DNA of 63,820 nt, the filler included, from Acidimicrobiia bacterium (GTDB taxonomy: Bacteria > Actinomycetota > Acidimicrobiia > Spongiisociales > JAENVV01), in NCBI GenBank assembly GCA_041577335.1. It is 3 parts of 3 records of this genome, joined end to end, with 100 filler letters (N's around TTAATTAATTAA, not from the genome) between each part and the next. Parts side by side here need not be neighbours in the genome. Positions count along the whole stretch, not along the records: positions 1 to 23,766 come from JBFGJH010000051.1; 2 more parts are not named here. One strand, given 5' to 3'. Below are positions 10,447-19,585 of the stretch, piece by piece (the first letter of the stretch is position 1; the number at the start of each line of letters is the position of its first letter). Below the pieces are notes generated by a model, which saw only the letters and a list, made by a program, of their open reading frames with translations, made no database searches and was not told the DNA's origin. The position numbers and the translations under genes were made by a program.

Positions 10447-11940
10447 GTGCCCTTCGAGATCGACTACCACGCCCTCGGCCCGGAGATCATCCTGGCCGTC
10501 ACCCTCATGGCGGTGATCACCGTCGATCTCATGGTGCCGCGCTCGCTCAAGTATCTGACCGCGATCACAGCCGTGGTGGGCACGACCGCCGCCTTTGTGC
10601 CGCTCATCACCCTCGCGCTGCACGACAATCCCGTGCGGTCGATGTTCGACGGTAGCTATGTCGCAGACGAGTTTGCGCTCGTGATGAAGGCGTTGTTCCT
10701 GACGGCCGCCTACGTCGTGATCCTCATGTCGTTCGACTACATCGACTCCGAGCGTTTTTACCAAGGCGAGTACTACTTTCTGCTCGTGGCATCGACGCTG
10801 GGCGCGGTCGTCATGACATCGGCACGTGATCTCATCATCCTCTTCATCGGCCTGGAGCTGGTCTCCGGACCGTTGTTCCTGCTGGCAGGGTGGCGCAAAG
10901 GCAGCGTCAAGTCGAACGAGGCATCTCTCAAGTTCTTCCTGCTAGGGGTGCTGTCGGCGGCGATCCTGCTGTACGGCATGTCGTTCCTCTACGGGCTCAC
11001 GGGCTCGGTCACATTCGAAGGGATCCGGGAGGCGGCAATCTCAGGCGACCAGGGCCCGGCATTCACGATGGCGATCCTGTTTGTGATTGTCGGGTTTGCT
11101 TTCAAGATCTCAGCAGTGCCGTTCCATTTCTGGGCGCCCGACACCTACGAAGGGGCTCCCACGCCCGTGACCGCCTACCTCTCCGTGAGCTCCAAGGCAG
11201 CGGGATTCGTGGGGTTGCTGCTCGTGACCTATTTGGCTTTCCCGGACGCCGCCAACGTATGGGGGCCGGCACTGTGGATACTTGCCGCATTGACCATGAC
11301 CATTGGGAATCTCACTGCATTGCGCCAAACCAACATCGTGCGGCTCCTTGCGTACTCTTCCGTCGCCCAGGCCGGCTTCATGTTGGTCCCGTTCGCCATC
11401 GCCGGCGTCACCGACACGCCCGGGCAACTGGAGTCTGCCTTCGGCGCCACGGTCACCTACATCGTCATATACGCGTTCATGAACCTCGGCGCGTTCTCGG
11501 TCGTGATCGCCGCGTCTCGCATCACCCGTTCGGGATTGATCGACAGCTGGTCGGGGCTCGGAGCGCGCGCCCCGGGCCTGGCTTTCCTCGGCTCGATCTT
11601 CTTCATGTCGCTGGCCGGTATTCCTCCATTGGCGGGCTGGTTTGCCAAGTTCGTCGTCTTCAGCGCAGCGATCAGCACCCTCAACGTATGGACGACATCA
11701 CTGGCGGCGATCGCCGCCGTGAACGCCGTCATTGCCTTCTACTACTACGCCAGAGTGGTGAAGGCCATGTGGTTCGATCCGGCTCCGACGACAGCCGAAC
11801 GGGAGGCCTTGCCGATCGTGCCGCGTACGCTTCAATATGCCCTTGCCATCACCGTTGCCTACGTGGTGGCCGCCGGTTTCTTCCCTCAGCTCTCATCCTT
11901 CTTTGGCGAGGCGTCCCGCATGATCGCGGCAGGCAACTAA
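10447..11940 (+). CDS. nuoN: NADH-quinone oxidoreductase subunit N
   Basis: EASLKFF, FKISAVPFHFWAPDTYEGAPTP, SLAGIPPLAG, YYYARVV. Confidence 0.96.
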   Translation: MPFEIDYHALGPEIILAVTLMAVITVDLMVPRSLKYLTAITAVVGTTAAFVPLITLALHDNPVRSMFDGSYVADEFALVMKALFLTAAYVVILMSFDYIDSERFYQGEYYFLLVASTLGAVVMTSARDLIILFIGLELVSGPLFLLAGWRKGSVKSNEASLKFFLLGVLSAAILLYGMSFLYGLTGSVTFEGIREAAISGDQGPAFTMAILFVIVGFAFKISAVPFHFWAPDTYEGAPTPVTAYLSVSSKAAGFVGLLLVTYLAFPDAANVWGPALWILAALTMTIGNLTALRQTNIVRLLAYSSVAQAGFMLVPFAIAGVTDTPGQLESAFGATVTYIVIYAFMNLGAFSVVIAASRITRSGLIDSWSGLGARAPGLAFLGSIFFMSLAGIPPLAGWFAKFVVFSAAISTLNVWTTSLAAIAAVNAVIAFYYYARVVKAMWFDPAPTTAEREALPIVPRTLQYALAITVAYVVAAGFFPQLSSFFGEASRMIAAGN

Positions 11941-12031
11941 GCGCCTATTTGGACCCACGGCACCGGCAAGCCGCCAGTCCTCGTCCAGGACTACGGTCGG
12001 AGCTTCTGTTGACGGGGTTAGTGTCTGGGCG

Positions 12032-12943
12032 ATGTCGGGCCGCTCGTCCATCCTCTCCACCTCCCACGGCACCAATCGGGCTGCGTTCGGGCTGGCCGAA
12101 TGGGGGTTCTTGGTGTATCTGGCGACCCTGTGGGGCGGATCGTTCCTGTTCATCGCCATCGGCCTCGACAGCCTGAGCCCAGGGGTGGTGACCATGGGCC
12201 GCGTCTCACTTGGCGCCCTGGCGCTTCTGGTCCTCCCGTCGGGACGTCGGAAACTGGACAGGGAGGACTGGCCGCGCGTGATCGTGCTGGCATTCACGTG
12301 GGTCGCGATACCTTTCACGCTGTTTCCGCTTGCTCAGCAGTGGATCAACTCCGCCGTGGCAGGGATGCTCAACGGCGGAATGCCGATCTTCGCCGCGCTG
12401 ATCGCAACCGCCCTTTTGCGCGAACTGCCGGGCCGTTTTCAGCGGATCGGCCTCTCGGTGGGCTTTGGGGGCATCATCGCCATCAGCGTGCCGACGATGG
12501 GGGAGGGGAGCAACGCCGCCGTCGGCGTTGCCCTGGTCATCGTTGCAGTCGCGTTGTACGGATTGTCGGTGAACCTCGTGACTCCGCTTCAACAGAAATA
12601 CGGGTCGGTCCCGGTGATGGCCCGCATGTTGCAAGTGGCCGCCGTCCTCACCATCCCATACGGTATCGCCACCCTGCCTGCATCGGAGTTCGAGTGGGGG
12701 TCGGTGATGGCTGTTGTGGTGTTGGGCGTGCTTGGCACGGGTTTGGCGTTTGCGGCGATGGCGGAACTGGCCGGCCGGGTGGGAGGAACACGGGCATCCG
12801 TGATCACCTACCTCATCCCCGTCGTCGCCATCGTGCTGGGCGTTGTGTTCCGCGACGATATTGTCACGCCGCTGGCCCTCATTGGCATTGCCTTGGTCAT
12901 CGCCGGTGCTGCAATCACATCGTTGCCTGAGACCTCGGCCTAG
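12032..12943 (+). CDS. DMT/EamA family transporter
   Basis: About 10 TM segments; LWGGSFLFI, TYLIPVVA. Confidence 0.9.
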   Translation: MSGRSSILSTSHGTNRAAFGLAEWGFLVYLATLWGGSFLFIAIGLDSLSPGVVTMGRVSLGALALLVLPSGRRKLDREDWPRVIVLAFTWVAIPFTLFPLAQQWINSAVAGMLNGGMPIFAALIATALLRELPGRFQRIGLSVGFGGIIAISVPTMGEGSNAAVGVALVIVAVALYGLSVNLVTPLQQKYGSVPVMARMLQVAAVLTIPYGIATLPASEFEWGSVMAVVVLGVLGTGLAFAAMAELAGRVGGTRASVITYLIPVVAIVLGVVFRDDIVTPLALIGIALVIAGAAITSLPETSA

Positions 12944-13014
12944 CGAAGCAGCGCTCGCACAGGGCTCGCGAACGAATATCATGCCGAAGTACGCCAACAA
13001 GAGGAGAAGGGGGT

Positions 13015-14076
13015 TTGGCGGACCCATCGGCGCGACGGCGCTCACTCATTGTTTTGATCCTGGCAGTGCTGGCAATTGCTGCTTTCTTCGCTGTGCTGGT
13101 CATAGCCACCAATGACGACCCGGGCGACGATCTCGCCGCCCGAGTTCAGGCCGTGGTCCCGGTGGGGATCGGTGTGGAAGTGTCGGGGAGTGACGTCTTC
13201 CTCTCGGGCGAATTCGATGGCGACGTCGATGACCTCATCGCAACCGTTGCGGCTGTCGAGGGTGTAGGACGAGTGTTCACAGACGACCTCGGCCCCGCAG
13301 TTGCGGCTCCGACAACAGTCACACTGTCGACGACCCCACCGACCACCGCGCCGCTTCCCGAAGTGGATTTGGACACGCCCACCTTCAATCTGCGAGCTGA
13401 TCGCCAATCTGCCGTGGTCAGCGGCACTCTGCCCGACGAAGAAATCGTCGCCGAGATCGAACAAGCCATGCGCAGGCTGTTCGGGCGCAACGGCATCGAC
13501 AATCAGCTGCGCGTCGGGATCGTCGATTCCTCTCCATGGGTGTCCGGGCTACCTCAGGCGGTCATGGCGGCCGCCGACACCGAGGCGTTCGAGCTCGATG
13601 TGACCGTGGATGGTGCCACCGTGTCGGGAATCGTTCGTGATCAAGCTGCTGCCGATCAGCTCATGGCTGATCTGACGCTCGCTCTGGGATTCGAACCGCT
13701 CGGCTTCATCGACACCCGAGATATCGGTGGTCAACTCACCGCTCTCCTGCGAGGCGTGGCGACGTTCGAAACGGGGAGCGCCGAGCTCTCCGAGGAAGGC
13801 ATCGCCGTACTCGACGAAGCAGCCGCACTGTTGCTTTCCGGTCCGGATGTTCTCATCAGGGTCGTGGGGCACACCGACTCCGTCGGTGGCCGCCAGTCCA
13901 ATCAGATCCTGAGTGAGGAGCGAGCGCAGGCCGTTGTCGATTATCTGGTGTCGCAGGGTGTGGATGCGAGTCAGCTCATCGCATCCGGGTTCGGGGAGAC
14001 CAAACCGATCGCCGACAACACCACCGAAGAGGGCCGGGCTCAGAACCGTCGGATCGAGTTCGTGGTCGGCGGCTAG
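13015..14076 (+). CDS. Membrane-anchored BON-like + OmpA-like peptidoglycan-binding protein (ArfA/Rv0899-like)
   Basis: N-terminal TM, Pro/Thr linker, C-terminal GHTDSVG...NQILSEERA...RAQNRRIEF. Confidence 0.85.
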   Translation: MADPSARRRSLIVLILAVLAIAAFFAVLVIATNDDPGDDLAARVQAVVPVGIGVEVSGSDVFLSGEFDGDVDDLIATVAAVEGVGRVFTDDLGPAVAAPTTVTLSTTPPTTAPLPEVDLDTPTFNLRADRQSAVVSGTLPDEEIVAEIEQAMRRLFGRNGIDNQLRVGIVDSSPWVSGLPQAVMAAADTEAFELDVTVDGATVSGIVRDQAAADQLMADLTLALGFEPLGFIDTRDIGGQLTALLRGVATFETGSAELSEEGIAVLDEAAALLLSGPDVLIRVVGHTDSVGGRQSNQILSEERAQAVVDYLVSQGVDASQLIASGFGETKPIADNTTEEGRAQNRRIEFVVGG

Positions 14077-14702
14077 GCGTCGGTCACATCGTTGACCGCT
14101 CGCCAGGTGGAAATGGTGAGCCCATATGCGACCGAGTCGACGAGCCTGCCCCGCTTCACATACGCCGATCGGATCAACCCCTCGCGCTGGAAGCCGATCC
14201 TCTCCAAGAGGCGAGCGCTTGCAACGTTCCACGGAAAGACGCCGGCGTCGATCTTGACCAGGTTCATGGTGGTGAAACCATGCGTCACTGCCGCCTCCAC
14301 TGCCTCGGTCATGAGGCCTACGCCCCAGTAGGCCTCGCCGAGCCAATAGCCGATGTCTCCACGGCCATTGTGAGCGGATGTGCCGATGCCGATCGCTCCG
14401 ATACCGGCGCCCACCCTTCCGGTGATACGGCCGTCGAGGTCGTGGATCGACCAATGGTGGCCCCAGTCCCGGAATGGCATTCGTTGGCTTTGGTCGCCCC
14501 AGAAGCCGATGTCTTGGGGTGAGTCCGGACCGTCCCAAAGGAGATTGTCCGTGACGGCTCGTCCCCGGTCACCTTCGAGAAGCGCAAAGAGATCGGCCGC
14601 GGCATCTCGGTGAGCCGGCCGCAGTTCCAGCCGGTCGGTGAGGATGATGGTTGTGTTGACGCTGTCGGGATCCGGGCCGTAGTCCAACGACAAATCGTGC
14701 AT
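14073..14702 (-). CDS. GNAT N-acetyltransferase, RimJ/RimL family
   Basis: [43 protein letters not shown]. Confidence 0.9.
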   Translation of the reverse strand: MHDLSLDYGPDPDSVNTTIILTDRLELRPAHRDAAADLFALLEGDRGRAVTDNLLWDGPDSPQDIGFWGDQSQRMPFRDWGHHWSIHDLDGRITGRVGAGIGAIGIGTSAHNGRGDIGYWLGEAYWGVGLMTEAVEAAVTHGFTTMNLVKIDAGVFPWNVASARLLERIGFQREGLIRSAYVKRGRLVDSVAYGLTISTWRAVNDVTDA

Positions 14703-14823
14703 GGCCCGACGGTACCGTCCGGCCGGTCAGTTGTCGGCCGAATATCGCCAGTGCGAATGTGTGGCCCCTCGGAGCGGGCCGTATACTCCGCCGCCCGTTG
14801 ACAGGACAAGGAGCCCAGCACCG

Positions 14824-15837
14824 ATGGCGACGATCTATTACGACAACGACTGTGATCCCGGGATCATCAAGAGCCGGAAGGTGGCGGTCATCGGCTTCGG
14901 CTCCCAGGGTCACGCCCACGCAATGAATCTGAACGAGTCTGGTGTCAACGTCGTCGTAGGCCTTCGGGACGGCTCGTCGAGCCGGGCATCCGCAGAGGAG
15001 GCCGGCCTCACCGTGATGCCGCCTGCCGACGCGGCGGCGTGGGCCGATGTCGTCATGATGCTCGTACCTGATCAGCATGCCGCCGACCTCTATGCGTCGG
15101 AGATCGAGCCCAACCTGGAGCCCGGCCAGGCCCTCTTCTTTGCTCATGGCTTCAACGTCCACTTCGGCGAGATCGTCGCTCCCGACGGCGTCGATGTGGC
15201 CATGGTGGCTCCCAAAGGGCCCGGCCACCTCGTTCGCCGCACCTACACCGAAGGAAGCGGCGTGCCGTGCCTCATCGCCGTCCACCAAGACGCCAGCGGC
15301 GGTGCCCATGACCTGGGCCTGTCCTACGCATGGGCGATCGGTGGCGCTCGCGCCGGAGTGCTCGAGACCACCTTCAAGGAGGAGACCGAGACCGATCTCT
15401 TCGGCGAACAAGTGATTCTATGTGGCGGAGTGGCCGAGCTCATCAAGGCGGCTTTCTCGACACTCGTCGAAGCGGGCTATCAGCCGGAATCTGCCTATTT
15501 CGAGACGCTCCACGAGCTGAAACTCATCGTGGACTTGCTCTACGAAGGTGGGCTTTCCTGGATGCGGTACTCGGTGTCCGACACCGCCGAGTACGGCGAC
15601 TACACCCGAGGGCCACGGATCGTCACCGACGAGACTCGGGCGGAGATGAAGAGGATTCTCGAAGAGGTCCAGTCAGGGTCGTTCGCCCGCGAGTTCATCG
15701 AGGAAACTCGCTCCGGAGCAGGCAATCTCTTGTCTCGGCGCTCGTCGGAGCAGGATCAGCCGATCGAAGCGGTTGGTGCCGAGCTGCGGTCGATGATGCC
15801 GTTTCTCACGCCGAAGTCACCTCCGTCTCAGTCGTGA
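14824..15837 (+). CDS. ilvC: Ketol-acid reductoisomerase
   Basis: [37 protein letters not shown]; start ATG 14824. Confidence 0.97.
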   Translation: MATIYYDNDCDPGIIKSRKVAVIGFGSQGHAHAMNLNESGVNVVVGLRDGSSSRASAEEAGLTVMPPADAAAWADVVMMLVPDQHAADLYASEIEPNLEPGQALFFAHGFNVHFGEIVAPDGVDVAMVAPKGPGHLVRRTYTEGSGVPCLIAVHQDASGGAHDLGLSYAWAIGGARAGVLETTFKEETETDLFGEQVILCGGVAELIKAAFSTLVEAGYQPESAYFETLHELKLIVDLLYEGGLSWMRYSVSDTAEYGDYTRGPRIVTDETRAEMKRILEEVQSGSFAREFIEETRSGAGNLLSRRSSEQDQPIEAVGAELRSMMPFLTPKSPPSQS

Positions 15838-15863
15838 ATGCCCCAGCCGCCTAAGGTGAGATC

Positions 15864-17774
15864 GTGACGTCATCTGATCATTTCTCACGTACGGCTCCTC
15901 GCACCGGCCTGCACCGAGGCGGCATCGCCGGGTCGTACGGCGACTCGCCCGTCATCTCGGGGGAAGCCCTCGAGGAGTTCGCCAAAGGCATCGGGTCCGG
16001 ACTCGGCGGGAGAATGGGCGCGTCGCCCGGGGAAAGGGGAGGCCAACCCGGTACCCGCTTCACGGTATGGGCTCCCAACGCCGCGTCGGTCGACTTGGTC
16101 GGAGATTTCTCGGACTGGTCGCCGCTTCCCCTCGCAGCTCGTGGCTCAACCGGCTTGTGGGAGGCGTTCGTGGAGGGGGTCAGCCCCGGCGCCGAATACC
16201 GGTTCCGGATCACCCCGGCGGGCGAAGGTGAGCCGTTCGACAAAGCCGATCCGTTCGCGCGATGGGCGGCAACGCCGCCCGAAACAGCCTCGCGCGTGTG
16301 GTGGGACAGCTACGAATGGGATGACGGCGAGTGGATGGCCCGCCGCCCCAGCGTCGATCTACACCGTTCGCCGGTTTCGATCTACGAGATCCACCTCGGC
16401 TCGTGGCGCCATCCCGATGGTGCGCCTCCCAGCTACCGCTCGATTGCGGAGCCGCTCATCGACCACATCCGGACGCTCGGTTTCTCCCATGTGGAGTTTC
16501 TTCCGATCATGGAGCACCCCTACGCGGGTTCGTGGGGATACCAGTCGCTGGGCTTCTTCGCTCCCACCAGCCGGTTCGGAACACCTGCCGACTTCAAGTA
16601 TCTCGTCGATCGCCTCCACCAGGCGGGCATCGGCGTGAGCTTGGACTGGGTACCTTCTCACTTTGCGGTCGACGATTTCGGGCTGGCTAGGTTCGATGGG
16701 TCGGCGCTCTTCGAAGACCCTGACCCTCGCCGAGGTTTTCACCCCGATTGGGGCACCTACATCTTCGACTACTCGCGACCGCAGGTGCGTAGTTACCTGC
16801 TGTCGTCGGCTCGCTGGTGGATCGAGGAGTTCCACGTCGACGGACTACGAGTGGACGCGGTGGCCTCGATGCTCTACCTGGACTACTCCCGCAAAGCCGG
16901 AGAGTGGATCCCAAATGAGTTCGGGGGCAACGAAAACCTCGAAGCGATCGACTTCCTGAGGTCCCTCAACGAGATGGTCTATGGTCTTGGCAGCGGCGTT
17001 CATACGTGGGCCGAAGAGTCGACCGCCTGGCCAGGCGTGAGCAGCCCGACGTACGTGGGGGGCCTCGGGTTCGGCTTCAAATGGGACATGGGCTGGATGC
17101 ACGACACGCTCGCCTACCTGGAGCGTGACCCGGTCCACCGGAGCCATCATCACAATGAGATCACCTTCCGAGGTGTCTACGCATTCTCCGAGAATTACAC
17201 GCTTCCCCTGAGCCACGACGAAGTCGTGCATGAAAAACGCTCTTTGCTCGAGAAGATGCCAGGCGACCGATGGCAGCAGCTCGCCAATCTTCGGCTCCTG
17301 TTGGCGAATCAGTTCGCGCAACCGGGCAAGAACCTCCTGTTCATGGGCGGGGAATTCGGACAACCCGGCGAATGGAACCACCAGGGCCAGCTGCAGTGGG
17401 AGGTGCTCGGCCAGCCCGAGCATCGGGGCGTCCTGCACCTGGTGGCGGCCATGTCGGGGTTGCACCGGACGCTGCCGGCGCTCCATGAACTCGACCACGA
17501 CCCGGCCGGTTTCGAATGGGTCGACGGCAACGATTGGGAACGGTCGACCCTGGCGTTCGAGCGCAGGCCGACGACGGGTGATCGCCTGCTGGCGATCTTC
17601 AACTTCACCCCGGTGGCCCACCCGGAGTATCAGCTCCCCGAAGGCGCCTGGTCGGTCGTGTTGAACACCGATGACGAGGTGTTTGGTGGCTCCGGAGTAG
17701 CCGCCGGCATCGACCCGGAGGCAGGCACGATGATGCTCCCACCGTTGGCGTCGGTGTGGCTGGTGAGCGGGTGA
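15864..17774 (+). CDS. glgB: 1,4-alpha-glucan branching enzyme
   Basis: WAPNA, IYEIHLGSW, SWGYQ, RVDAVASM, AEES, LSHDEVV. Confidence 0.95.
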   Translation: MTSSDHFSRTAPRTGLHRGGIAGSYGDSPVISGEALEEFAKGIGSGLGGRMGASPGERGGQPGTRFTVWAPNAASVDLVGDFSDWSPLPLAARGSTGLWEAFVEGVSPGAEYRFRITPAGEGEPFDKADPFARWAATPPETASRVWWDSYEWDDGEWMARRPSVDLHRSPVSIYEIHLGSWRHPDGAPPSYRSIAEPLIDHIRTLGFSHVEFLPIMEHPYAGSWGYQSLGFFAPTSRFGTPADFKYLVDRLHQAGIGVSLDWVPSHFAVDDFGLARFDGSALFEDPDPRRGFHPDWGTYIFDYSRPQVRSYLLSSARWWIEEFHVDGLRVDAVASMLYLDYSRKAGEWIPNEFGGNENLEAIDFLRSLNEMVYGLGSGVHTWAEESTAWPGVSSPTYVGGLGFGFKWDMGWMHDTLAYLERDPVHRSHHHNEITFRGVYAFSENYTLPLSHDEVVHEKRSLLEKMPGDRWQQLANLRLLLANQFAQPGKNLLFMGGEFGQPGEWNHQGQLQWEVLGQPEHRGVLHLVAAMSGLHRTLPALHELDHDPAGFEWVDGNDWERSTLAFERRPTTGDRLLAIFNFTPVAHPEYQLPEGAWSVVLNTDDEVFGGSGVAAGIDPEAGTMMLPPLASVWLVSG

Positions 17775-18829
17775 CCCTGGCGGCGGAGCTACGCGCCACC
17801 ATTTCAGCTTCCGGTCCTATCCCGTTCGAAGAGTTCCAATCGCAGGCCCTGTACCACTCTGAATTCGGCTTCTTCTCGGGGACCCAACTCCGCTCCACGA
17901 AAGCCGGCGACTTCCTCACGAGCCCCGAAGTCAGCCCTTTGTTTGGTGAGACGCTGGCGAACTTCGTGCGCAACGAGCGGGCCTCGATGGTTGGCCAAGA
18001 ACTCGTGATCGTCGACGCCGGAGCCGGCTCGGGATCGCTTCTGCGCCCGTTGCTGGCCGGTCTCGACGCTCCGGCACAAGCCTGGGCGGTGGAGGCGTCG
18101 CCGGCCGCCCGGGCGGCCCTCGAGGGCGTCGTGCCCGGCAGGGTGGTGGCCGAGTGGCGCGACCTCCCGCAGCTGTTCGCCGGTGTGATCATCGCCAACG
18201 AGCTGCTCGACAACCTGCCTGTCTCACTCGCCCGCAAGACGCAGGCGGGGTGGGAAGAACAGTGGGTCGGCCTCAATGGCGACCGGCTGGTGTTGGTGCC
18301 GGTCAGGGCTCGCCAGGATGTGGCGGCCTGGGCGGATCGGTTCGGTGAAGGCACCCCGGTCGGTGGTCTGGTCGAGGTTCAATTGGCGGTACAAGCGTGG
18401 ATCGAGCAGGCATTGGCGTCGCTCCGAAGAGGAGCCCTGGTGGTGATCGACTACGGCGACACCGCAGAGGGACTGGCCCCGCGCCGCAGTCAGGGGACCT
18501 TGCGCACCTACCGATCGCACCACCTGGGACCCGATCCATTGCTTGAACCTGGCCACACCGACATCACGGCCGATGTGAACTTCACGGCCGCCGAGGCCGC
18601 TGCAACGGCGGCGGGCGCCGAGTCGGTGACCGTCGAACGCCAAGACATGTTCCTGGCATCACTGGGCCTCCGCGACCGGCTGTCGGCTCTGCGCAACCGA
18701 GAGCTGGCGCTCGCCCGTGACGGCGACCCTCTGGAGCGATTGAAGGTCCGGAGCGTGAAGACCGAGGCGGAGACGTTGCTCCATCCGAGGGGTTTGGGCG
18801 ATTTCCGAGTGCTCGTCGCCCGCAAATAG
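17771..18829 (+). CDS. SAM-dependent methyltransferase, MidA/NDUFAF7 family
   Basis: GDFLTSPEVSPLFG, DAGAGSG, ANELLDNLP, IDYG, DITADVNF; GTGA overlap with glgB. Confidence 0.88.
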   Translation: MTLAAELRATISASGPIPFEEFQSQALYHSEFGFFSGTQLRSTKAGDFLTSPEVSPLFGETLANFVRNERASMVGQELVIVDAGAGSGSLLRPLLAGLDAPAQAWAVEASPAARAALEGVVPGRVVAEWRDLPQLFAGVIIANELLDNLPVSLARKTQAGWEEQWVGLNGDRLVLVPVRARQDVAAWADRFGEGTPVGGLVEVQLAVQAWIEQALASLRRGALVVIDYGDTAEGLAPRRSQGTLRTYRSHHLGPDPLLEPGHTDITADVNFTAAEAAATAAGAESVTVERQDMFLASLGLRDRLSALRNRELALARDGDPLERLKVRSVKTEAETLLHPRGLGDFRVLVARK

Positions 18830-18864
18830 GGAACCGCCGGTGCCAACGTGGCGTCGAAAGTACG

Positions 18865-19365
18865 ATGATTGCACGAACCCTTTTCGTTCCGCTGGTGACC
18901 GTCGCCGTGCTGGTGGCGGGGTGTGCGGGTCAGGTATCGTCACCTGACACCACCACGCCCGGGACGACTACCACGGTCGAGGAGCAAAGCCCCCCAATGC
19001 CCGATGAGACCACCGAGCCCTCCGTACCGGCCACAGACGCGCCGACGACATTGCCGAGTAGTGGCTCGCCCGCGGGCACGCTGGCAGAACAAGCCGTCGC
19101 CGACCTTGCCGCCCGCCTCACCATCGATCCCAGTGAGATCGTGGTGGTCTCGTGGGAAGAAGTGGACTGGCCCGACGGCTCCATCGGCTGCCCACAACCG
19201 GGAATGCGTTACACCCAGGCGATCGTGAACGGATCGAAGATCGTCCTCGAAGTCGACGGGGTCGAATACCACTACCACCAGGGCGGCAGCCGAGACCTGT
19301 TCCTATGCGAGCAGGCGGCTGTTGACAAGGGCGTGGCGCCGCCGACCACCGGCCTCGACCTTTAG
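18865..19365 (+). CDS. Lipoprotein of unknown function
   Basis: Lipobox VAGC, Thr/Pro linker, small domain WPDGSIGCPQPGMRYTQA. Confidence 0.8.
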   Translation: MIARTLFVPLVTVAVLVAGCAGQVSSPDTTTPGTTTTVEEQSPPMPDETTEPSVPATDAPTTLPSSGSPAGTLAEQAVADLAARLTIDPSEIVVVSWEEVDWPDGSIGCPQPGMRYTQAIVNGSKIVLEVDGVEYHYHQGGSRDLFLCEQAAVDKGVAPPTTGLDL

Positions 19366-19393
19366 GCCGCGCAGGGGCCTCGCTGCGCTCGGC

Positions 19394-19534
19394 GACTCAG
19401 GACTCGAGACTCGAGGCTCCAGACTCGAGGGCCCTTCCCTGGTAGTGCATGGAGGCACGGTTGCCGCGTTCCTATGGATTCCACAGTGATGTGTCGGCCG
19501 GCAAGCGGGGGTCGTGGGTCGTGAGTCGTGGGTC
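19394..19534. repeat. Two oppositely oriented heptamer tandem arrays
   Basis: GACTCGA-like x5 at 19394-19428; GGGTCGT/GAGTCGT x3.7 at 19509-19534. Confidence 0.8.
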
Positions 19535-19569
19535 AAAAAGAAGAGGCGCCCCCGAAGGGGCGCCTCTTC
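19535..19569 (-). terminator. Intrinsic terminator of the subtilase gene
   Basis: Perfect 13-bp stem (19540-19552/19557-19569), UUCG loop on the minus strand, followed by U5. Confidence 0.9.
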
Positions 19570-19585
19570 GCTCGATTGTCTTCGT

